DNA from: Pseudomonadota bacterium
Lineage (GTDB): Bacteria; Pseudomonadota; Gammaproteobacteria; Halothiobacillales; Halothiobacillaceae
Assembly: GCA_040756355.1 (NCBI GenBank)
Contig: JBFLZK010000020.1
Span: 73,379-137,378, forward strand
Length of the DNA stretch: 64,000 bases
Direction of reading: 5' to 3'
A model generated the notes under the pieces. The model made no database searches, was not told where the DNA came from, and saw only the letters and a program-made list of their open reading frames with translations. The translations under genes and the position numbers were made by a program. Below, in pieces: positions 1 through 7,566 of the stretch (its first letter is position 1; each line of letters starts with the position of its first letter).

Positions 1-3000
1 GTTGTCGCGCAGGCGCGCTTCAATTTCACCCAGTTCGATGCGATAGCCGCGCAGCTTGACTTGGTTGTCGAGCCGGTCGAGGTAGAGCAGGCGTCCGTCG
101 GCCAGGCGCTTGACCAGATCGCCGCTGCGGTACATCCGCGCCTTGGGGTGTTCGCCGAAGGGGTCGAGGAGGAAGCGCTCTTCGGTCAGTTCAGACCGGT
201 TGAGATACCCGATGCCAACCTGATTGCCGCCGATGAAGAGCTCTCCGGGCACGCCTGCGGGTAGAAGTTTGCCATGGGAGTCGAGCACATAAAGACGGGT
301 ATTGGGCAAAGGGCGGCCCAGAGCAAAAAATGCGTCGCCAGGACGGTAAGGATCCATGGCCACCATGATGCTGGTTTCGGTCGGGCCATAGGCGTTCAGG
401 AAGTGACGACCTTGAGCCCAGCGATCCGCGACATGCTGCGCGCATTGCTCACCGCCGATGCACAGATGGCCGAGAGCCGGAAGCCGCGCGGGATCGAGGA
501 AGTTGAGCAACGCGGGGGTGAAGAAAGCGTGGGTGACAGAGTGCTCGTTAAGCGCGTCCATCAGGCGCTCGGGATTCTTGGCGACTTCTTCGCGCAGGAG
601 CACAAGGCTTGCGCCGCGGGCCAGCGTCATGGCCCATTCCATAGTCGCTGCATCGAAACTGAAGGTTGCGAACTGGACCATGCGGTGTCCCGCGTGCAGA
701 CGGAGCATGTCGCCGATGCTTGTGATGGCGGTGCTAAGGCCCTCATGCGTCAGCAGGCAGCCCTTGGGCAGTCCGGTGGAGCCCGAGGTATAGATCACGA
801 AGGCCAGGCTGCGGGGAGTCAGTGAGTCAGGTAGAGGGAGATTGTCTTCGCCATAACCTTCGAGTTGCGTGGAAAACTCGTCATGGTCCACTAGCAACGC
901 GCGAGTACCCTGCGGCAGGGGAAGGTCGCGCAGGATGTGGGACTGCGTCAGCAGCCACCGGCTATCAGAATCCTTCAGCATGTATTCCAGGCGCGCGGCG
1001 GGATAGTTTGGATCCAGCGGGACATAGGCTCCACCAGCCTTGAGCACGGCCAACGCGGCAATCACCATCTCCATCGAGCGTTCGATACAGATGGAAACCA
1101 GTGTGTCGGGTTGCAGGCCATGGCTGCGCAGATAATGAGCCAGTCGGTTGGCACGACGGTTCACGGCCCCGTAGCTGAGGCTCGTGCCTTCGAAGATCAG
1201 TGCGGTGGCCTCTGGCGTCAGTTCGGCCTGACGTTCGATCATGCGCGTGATGAAGGGGGTTTCCAGAATCTGCTCTGTGCCGATGGCGTGCGCCAGCGCT
1301 TCTTGGCGCGAGGCTTCGCTGATCAGTTCGAAATCGAACAGGGCGCGGGTTGGCGTTTCAACGATTTGTTCCAGAAGGACGCGCAGGGAAGTCATCATGC
1401 GCTCAATCGTTTCGCGCTCGAAAAGCGCACGGCTGAATTCCCAGCTACCGATCAGGCCATCCTTTTCGCTGAAGGTGACTTGCAGGTCAAAGCGCGAGAC
1501 CCACTCGTCCGGATTGAGGAGGGAGGTGTCCTCGTAGGCGGTTTGCAGGGCAAATAGCACCTGGAAGAAGGGATTGAGCGCTGGGCTGCGCGGCGGGTTG
1601 AGGCGATCGACCAGCAGTTCGAAAGGCACGTCTTGATGGTCGTAAGCCCCTTGTGCGGTTTCCTTCACATGGCGGAGCAGATCCAGAAAATTCTGGGTTT
1701 CGTCAATGCGGCAACGCAGCACCAAGGTGTTGACGAAGAAGCCGATGATGTTCTCGGTTTCCTGGAAATTACGGTTGGCGATGGGAGTGCCGACGTTGAA
1801 ATCGTCCTGGCCCGACCAGCGGTAAAGCAGGAGGTCGAAGGCCGCCAGCAGAGTCATGAACAGGGTGACGCCCTGTTGTTCACTGAGAGTTTTCAGGCGG
1901 CGCAGCAGTTCGGCGGGGAGGTATTGCTTGGCAATGCCGCCTTCCGGGGTGAGTGCGGAGGGACGGCTGCGGTCGTAGGGCAGGTTGATGGTGGATACGG
2001 AATCGCCCAGCTGCTTGCGCCAGTAGTCGAGTTGTTTGTCGAGCACCTCGCCTTGTAGGTAGCCCTGTTGCCACAGGGCGTAGTCGGCATAATGCAGCGG
2101 CAGCGGCTCGAAAGCGGGTTCGCCCTCTCTGCGCAAGGTCTCGTAGGCTTGACGCAGCTCGCGTACGAAAATGTCCATCGACCAGCCGTCGGTGATGATG
2201 TGATGCATGGTGAGCATCAGCACCGCGCGGTCGTCGGCAATCTGTACGAGCTGGTAGCGCATCAACGGGCCGCGCTCCAGGTTGAAGGTGGTTTCGGCCT
2301 GTTCGGTGGCGGCCATGCGCAGGGCGTCGGCGAGTTCGCCCTCGTCCATCCCGCGCAGGTCTTTGATAATCAGCTCGGGCGTGACACGTTCGAGAATGAC
2401 CTGGAACGGGCTGCCGTCTTCCTCGACAAAGAGTGTGCGAAGGGACTCATGCCGTACGCTCATGAGGCGCAGGGATTCGGTCAGTGCGCGGGTATCCGCC
2501 ACATGATCGAAGAACATCGCGTTGGGTACGTTGTAGGCGATGTTGTCCGGCTCGTACCTGTAGAGGAACCACAGGCGCGACTGAGCGAAGGACAGCGGAA
2601 GACGTTCGGGGCGCGGCTTGGCCTCCAGCGAGGGCAGGCTTTGAGCCTCGCCCTGGAGATGTTTCTGGATCAGGGTCGCTTGTTGCTCGATGGTCAGATG
2701 CTCGAACAACTGGCTGAGAGGGATCTTCACCTGGAATGTCTTGCCGATGCGCGAGAGCACTTGGGTGATGGACAGGGAGTGGCCGCCGAGTTCGAAGAAG
2801 TTATCGGTGACCCCGATATCCTCGCGTTCCAGCACCTTCTGCCAGATAGCCAGCAATTGTTCTTCGATCTCGTTGCGTGGTGCGATGCGCGCGCCGCCAC
2901 CAGTACGATCTGCATCCGCTGGCATGGGTAGCGCGCGGCGGTCAACCTTGCCGTTGGCGTTCAGCGGGATCAGGTCCAGCAGCACGAAGACGCTGGGAAC

Positions 3001-6000
3001 CATGTATTCGGGCAGGCGCGCCTCAAGGTGTCGTCCAAGCGCCAGACGGAGCTGGCGGGCGGCTTCGCCCGCCGCGCCGGCGAGCGCGGGCGGAACCGGT
3101 AGTGCCTTGCGGTCAATCTTGCGATTGGGGGTGAGAGGCCAGCTCTGGAGGGCAAGAATGGCCGCCGGCGCGACCGGCATGCTCTGCTGAAGGTGGCGCA
3201 GAAGTTCTTCTGCGAGCGCTTCCTCGGTGATCAGCCCTTCGGCCACGGCGTCGGTGAGCACATAGGCGATCATCTGGCGGTTGCCCGGACCGATCTCGCG
3301 TGCGACCACGAGGGCGTCCTTTACTCGCGGATCGCTGGCGAGACGAGATTCGTACTCACCCAGTTCGAGACGATAGCCGCTCACCTTGACTTGATGGTCG
3401 GTCCGTCCGATGAACTCGAGGCGCCCATCGTCCAGCCAGCGCACCAGATCGCCGGTGCGGTAGATGCGGGCCTCTGGCTGGTCGCTGTACGGGTCATCGA
3501 AGAAGCGTTCGGTGCTCAGATCCGGGCGATGCAGATAACCAAGGCCTACACCCGCGCCGCCGATGTAGAGCTCGCCGACGGCGCCTGCCGGCAGCAGGTT
3601 GAGTGCGTCATCAAGGACATACAGGCGGGCATTGGCAATCGGGCCGCCGATGGTGAGTTTGTGGTCACCCGGCTGGAACAGGCCGATGCTGGCGCAGATC
3701 GATGTTTCCGATGGACCATAGGCATTGTAGAAGCGGCGGCCATGGCTCCATGTTTCGGCGAGCGTGCGTGGGCAGGCCTCGCCCGCCACCATGATATGGG
3801 CCACGCTCTGCAAATCGCGCGGATTGAAGAACGGCAGTAGGGAGGGCGGGATCAGAGCATGGGTCACCCCGCAGGTCTGGATACGGGCGACCAGCTCGGG
3901 ACCGGGTTCGGTTTCCGATTCGCTCAGCAGGCACAGCGTCGCGCCGCGCGAGAATGCCACGCCCATTTCGAACACTGAGGCGTCGAAGCTGAAAGTGGAG
4001 AACTGCAAAACCACCGAGTCTTTGTTGACCTGCCAGATGTCGGCTGAAGCACTGACTGCGCTGACCAGGCCACGATGCGGTACGGCAACACCTTTGGGCT
4101 GCCCAGTGGAGCCAGAGGTATAGATCACGTAGGCCAGGCTGCACGGTTCTAGGGCGGACCGCGTGTGGTCAGGATTGGTTTCGGGAGAGGCCTCGACAGA
4201 GGCAATGAATCCAGTCTCGTCGATCAGCAGCGGCTGGCAGCCGAGAGGCAAAGTGAGACGTTCCAGCAGGGCTCTCTGCGCCAGAACACGGGCGGCGCGA
4301 CTGTCGCCGAGCATGTAATTCAGGCGTTCCGCCGGGTAGGTGCTGTCCAGCGGCATGTAGGCGGCGCCGGTCTTCATCACGGCCAGCGTGGCGACAATCT
4401 GTTCGATGCCGCGGGCGATGAACAGGCCGATCACCTCGCCTGGTTTTACTCCGAGCGCTATCAAACGATGTGCCATGCGATTGGCGCGCGCGTTGATTTC
4501 GGCATAGCTCAGACGTTGCTGTTCGAATAGCAGGGCGATGTCGTCCGGGTGGGCCTGGGCGTGTGCCTCGAACAACCAGGGGAAAACCGGATGTGGGATG
4601 TCGAGCGCGGCTCCGATGCCAAAGCCCAGAACCTTGGCCTTTTCCTCGGAGGCAAGCGGTTCGATCAGCGCGCTGGGCGCGAATGCTTCGTCGCGGTCCT
4701 CTTCTTGTGCCGCTGTGTCCCGATCCGAAGGAAGATCGGCGACGACATAACTGATAAGTTCCTGGCGATCATCGCGGCTGACTATGGTGACGGCGTCGCG
4801 TACCTGGGGATGCTGGCGCAGATGAGCATCGATCTCTTCGAGTTCGATGCGGTATCCGCGCACCTTGACCTGGAAATCCACCCGCCCCTTGACCACGATG
4901 CTGCCGTCATCTTGGAAATAGCCAAGATCGCCGGTGCGGTAGAGACGTGCCCCCGGTGAGTCCGAGTAGGCATCCGGGAAGAATTTCTCGGCTGTCAGCA
5001 CCGGGTCGTTGAGGTAGCCAGAGCCGATGGAAACGCCGCCGATGATGACTTCGCCCGCCACTCCGGCGGGCAGAGGATTGTTGAAACGATCAAGAACATA
5101 CAGCCGAATATTGGGCAGCGCCTTGCCCACGGCGACCGGCCTGGCCAGATGGACGAATTCCTCGCGCTTGAAACGATGGGTGGTGCACAGGTCCGTGCAC
5201 TCCGTCGGGCCATATGTGTTCACAAGCTCGGCGTGGCAATCTCCGGAGAGCATCCACTCCCCAATCCGCGCCTTATTGACCGGTTCGCCGCCGAGGAATA
5301 GGTAGCGCATGCTGGAAAGCTTGGCGTAGTCGCCATCGCAGGCTTCGGCCAGCGCGTAGCCCATGCTTGGTGTGCAGTTGATCCAGGTGATGCCCCGCTC
5401 GGCCACGGTTTGCACGGCTTGGGAAGGGTCGAAATGACGGCTGGTGGCAAGATGCAGTTCGCCGCCGGTAAGCAGGGCGCCCCAGATGTTTTTCTGGGCC
5501 AGATCAAAGGTGACCTTGTTGACCAACAGATTCTTGTCGCTTGGGTGAAAGGCGAATTCACGATTCCACCAGGCGATGAAGTTGATGAAGCTGTTGTGGT
5601 ACACCCCGGCGGCCTTGGGCTTGCCGGTGGATCCGGAGGTGTGGATGACGTAGAGCAGATCGCGGGTGTCAGCGTCCACGGCAACCGGGGTGGCCGTCTG
5701 ACAGGCGATCTCCGGTGTGAGGCGTTCCAGGTCATGGATGCGGGTGTTCGCACTCAGGCCTTCGCCCAGGCCCTGGTGGGTCAGAAGCTGGCGCAGCTTG
5801 AGGCCGGTCAGCATCTCGTCGATACGGGCGCGCGGGGCACGTGGGTCCAGCGGGGCATAGGCGCAACCGGTCTTGACCACGGCGACCAGTGCGGCGATCA
5901 GCTCTATCGAGGGTTCGAACATCAGGGCGATGGTATCGCCCGGAAGCACCCCTTGGGCGATGAGAAAATGCGCGATCCGGTTGCTTTGGCGATCCAGTTC

Positions 6001-7503
6001 CGCATAGGTCAGGCGCTGTTCGTCCACCACCAGGGCGATATGGTTCGGGGTGCGGGCGACCTGCGCGGCAAACATGGCAGGCAGGTCACTGTCCGCCGGA
6101 TAAGGTGTGTCGGTGGCGTTCCAAGCCAGTTGGCGCTGCCAGTCGTCCTCTGGCAACAGGCGAACTTGTGCCAGCGGCTGTTCCGCGCGATCAACCAACT
6201 CCTCGATGACGCGCGCGTACTGATCGAGCATGCGTTCCACGGTGGAGGGCGTAAAACGGCGGGCGTCAAACATAGCCTTGAGGGTGATGTCGCCGACTGG
6301 CTCGACCACCAGGGTCATGGGGTAGTTCGTCTTCTGGGCGACCGTGACCTCGGGAAGCTGGACATGCTCCGAGTAGGGGAAGGACTCCACCGCCAGCATC
6401 GAGTCGAACAGTGGCAGTCCGCGTCCGATTTCGGACCAGCCCTGTACTTGGACTAGCGCGCTGTGTTCGAAGCCGCGCAGGCGAACGAGATTGCCTTGCA
6501 CCTCGTTCAGCCAGTCGATCACGCGCGTCTCGGGAGCGATGCGCATACGGCAGGGAAGGGTGTTGATGAACAACCCCACCATTTTGTCCGAATCTGGCAG
6601 GTCGGAGGGGCGTCCGGAGGCGGTCGAACCGAATAAGACGTCATCCTCGCCGCTATAAATGGCCAGCAGATAAGCCCACCCCCCTTGCAACAGGGTATTG
6701 AGCGTCAGGCGTGAGAACCTGGAGAACTGGCGCAATTTTTCCGCAGTGTCAGCACCCAGTTTGCGTTTGAGAATCTGGTAGTCCTCGGCGTGCCGCTCCC
6801 ATTCGGGCTGTTCGACAAGACCGAGCGGCGTGGGGGACGCGAAACCGCGCAGGTATTCCCGCCAGAATGCTTCCGCCTTGGCTTCATCTTGTTGCTGTTG
6901 CCAGCGGACGTACTGCTTGTAGCTTGGTGCGGACTTGAACTGCGGGGTCTCGCTCTGATCCAGCGCCCGCGAGGCGCTGAGGACCTGATCGAGCACGACG
7001 AACGCAGACCAACCGTCAAGCAAGATGTGGTGATAGGTCCAAAGTACGTAGCTGTGGGCGTCGTCCGCATGCACCAGATGCACTCGCATCAGTGGCGCTT
7101 GTTTGAGATCAAAGGTTCGTGCGCGATCCTCGTCCCTCAGTGCATCGAATTTGCGCTTGAATTCCTCGTCTGGAAGTCTGGACCAATCCAGTTCGATCAG
7201 GTCGATGGGGCATTGCTTGAGAACCACCTGGACTGGCTTGTCCACCCCTTCCCAGACGAAGCCGGAGCGAAGGATGGGGTGCCGTGCGACAACCAGATTC
7301 CATGCTTGCTGAAACAACGACCCATCGATGCGCAGGGGGGCTTTCTGGGCGAACTGTTCGATGTACACCCCAGGCTCGTCGGCCAACAGGGTGTGAAACA
7401 GGATGCCCTCTTGAATGGGGGTCAGCCGATAGATGTCCTCAATGTTCTCACGGCTGTTGTTGCTGGCGCGTGAGCTGCCTTCGCTACCACGATCTTGGCG
7501 CAT
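1..7503 (-). CDS. NRPS3, 3'-truncated by window edge: C(DCL-like)-A(outer, interrupted by a complete inner A)-T-C(LCL)-A...
   Basis: Not in ORF track (no stop in window). Hand translation from ATG 7503 (GGAAG upstream): MRQDRGS...ENIEDIYRLTPIQEGILFH, WTYHHILLDGWS (~7005-7040), YVIHTSGSTGKPK (~5615-5652), second YVIYTSGSTGQPKG (~4090-4131), two A10 motifs (NRKID ~3120, NGKVD ~2950), T LGGHSL (~2780), LPLSFAQSRLWFL, MHHIITDGWS (~2180-2208), third A FVIYTSGSTGLPKG (~780). Frame checked consistent at several points from 7503 to 1. Confidence 0.95.
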   Translation of the reverse strand, partial: MRQDRGSEGSSRASNNSRENIEDIYRLTPIQEGILFHTLLADEPGVYIEQFAQKAPLRIDGSLFQQAWNLVVARHPILRSGFVWEGVDKPVQVVLKQCPIDLIELDWSRLPDEEFKRKFDALRDEDRARTFDLKQAPLMRVHLVHADDAHSYVLWTYHHILLDGWSAFVVLDQVLSASRALDQSETPQFKSAPSYKQYVRWQQQQDEAKAEAFWREYLRGFASPTPLGLVEQPEWERHAEDYQILKRKLGADTAEKLRQFSRFSRLTLNTLLQGGWAYLLAIYSGEDDVLFGSTASGRPSDLPDSDKMVGLFINTLPCRMRIAPETRVIDWLNEVQGNLVRLRGFEHSALVQVQGWSEIGRGLPLFDSMLAVESFPYSEHVQLPEVTVAQKTNYPMTLVVEPVGDITLKAMFDARRFTPSTVERMLDQYARVIEELVDRAEQPLAQVRLLPEDDWQRQLAWNATDTPYPADSDLPAMFAAQVARTPNHIALVVDEQRLTYAELDRQSNRIAHFLIAQGVLPGDTIALMFEPSIELIAALVAVVKTGCAYAPLDPRAPRARIDEMLTGLKLRQLLTHQGLGEGLSANTRIHDLERLTPEIACQTATPVAVDADTRDLLYVIHTSGSTGKPKAAGVYHNSFINFIAWWNREFAFHPSDKNLLVNKVTFDLAQKNIWGALLTGGELHLATSRHFDPSQAVQTVAERGITWINCTPSMGYALAEACDGDYAKLSSMRYLFLGGEPVNKARIGEWMLSGDCHAELVNTYGPTECTDLCTTHRFKREEFVHLARPVAVGKALPNIRLYVLDRFNNPLPAGVAGEVIIGGVSIGSGYLNDPVLTAEKFFPDAYSDSPGARLYRTGDLGYFQDDGSIVVKGRVDFQVKVRGYRIELEEIDAHLRQHPQVRDAVTIVSRDDRQELISYVVADLPSDRDTAAQEEDRDEAFAPSALIEPLASEEKAKVLGFGIGAALDIPHPVFPWLFEAHAQAHPDDIALLFEQQRLSYAEINARANRMAHRLIALGVKPGEVIGLFIARGIEQIVATLAVMKTGAAYMPLDSTYPAERLNYMLGDSRAARVLAQRALLERLTLPLGCQPLLIDETGFIASVEASPETNPDHTRSALEPCSLAYVIYTSGSTGQPKGVAVPHRGLVSAVSASADIWQVNKDSVVLQFSTFSFDASVFEMGVAFSRGATLCLLSESETEPGPELVARIQTCGVTHALIPPSLLPFFNPRDLQSVAHIMVAGEACPRTLAETWSHGRRFYNAYGPSETSICASIGLFQPGDHKLTIGGPIANARLYVLDDALNLLPAGAVGELYIGGAGVGLGYLHRPDLSTERFFDDPYSDQPEARIYRTGDLVRWLDDGRLEFIGRTDHQVKVSGYRLELGEYESRLASDPRVKDALVVAREIGPGNRQMIAYVLTDAVAEGLITEEALAEELLRHLQQSMPVAPAAILALQSWPLTPNRKIDRKALPVPPALAGAAGEAARQLRLALGRHLEARLPEYMVPSVFVLLDLIPLNANGKVDRRALPMPADADRTGGGARIAPRNEIEEQLLAIWQKVLEREDIGVTDNFFELGGHSLSITQVLSRIGKTFQVKIPLSQLFEHLTIEQQATLIQKHLQGEAQSLPSLEAKPRPERLPLSFAQSRLWFLYRYEPDNIAYNVPNAMFFDHVADTRALTESLRLMSVRHESLRTLFVEEDGSPFQVILERVTPELIIKDLRGMDEGELADALRMAATEQAETTFNLERGPLMRYQLVQIADDRAVLMLTMHHIITDGWSMDIFVRELRQAYETLRREGEPAFEPLPLHYADYALWQQGYLQGEVLDKQLDYWRKQLGDSVSTINLPYDRSRPSALTPEGGIAKQYLPAELLRRLKTLSEQQGVTLFMTLLAAFDLLLYRWSGQDDFNVGTPIANRNFQETENIIGFFVNTLVLRCRIDETQNFLDLLRHVKETAQGAYDHQDVPFELLVDRLNPPRSPALNPFFQVLFALQTAYEDTSLLNPDEWVSRFDLQVTFSEKDGLIGSWEFSRALFERETIERMMTSLRVLLEQIVETPTRALFDFELISEASRQEALAHAIGTEQILETPFITRMIERQAELTPEATALIFEGTSLSYGAVNRRANRLAHYLRSHGLQPDTLVSICIERSMEMVIAALAVLKAGGAYVPLDPNYPAARLEYMLKDSDSRWLLTQSHILRDLPLPQGTRALLVDHDEFSTQLEGYGEDNLPLPDSLTPRSLAFVIYTSGSTGLPKGCLLTHEGLSTAITSIGDMLRLHAGHRMVQFATFSFDAATMEWAMTLARGASLVLLREEVAKNPERLMDALNEHSVTHAFFTPALLNFLDPARLPALGHLCIGGEQCAQHVADRWAQGRHFLNAYGPTETSIMVAMDPYRPGDAFFALGRPLPNTRLYVLDSHGKLLPAGVPGELFIGGNQVGIGYLNRSELTEERFLLDPFGEHPKARMYRSGDLVKRLADGRLLYLDRLDNQVKLRGYRIELGEIEARLRDN

Positions 7504-7566
7504 GCTGTCTTCCGATCCGTGCAGGGGCGCCCGGGGCGTATCCTCCGGGCGCGATAGGAGTGAGGA

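Noticed and set aside
3095-4700. Nested A domain as an assembly artefact or a simple tandem A-A
   Set aside because: The inner sequence is not a copy of any other A in the window, the frame is continuous, and the outer A9/A10 reappear after the insert, which a tandem arrangement would not give. Read-level confirmation is still advisable.
61-7473. Many 60-350 aa ORFs listed in the track over 1-7.5 kb
   Set aside because: Shadows or off-frame fragments of the single minus-strand NRPS3, which the track omitted because its stop is outside the window.
7504-7566. Hairpin GCGCCCGG...CCGGGCGC between PKS and NRPS3 as a terminator
   Set aside because: No U-tract on the coding strand; an 8-bp GC stem is expected by chance at this GC content.
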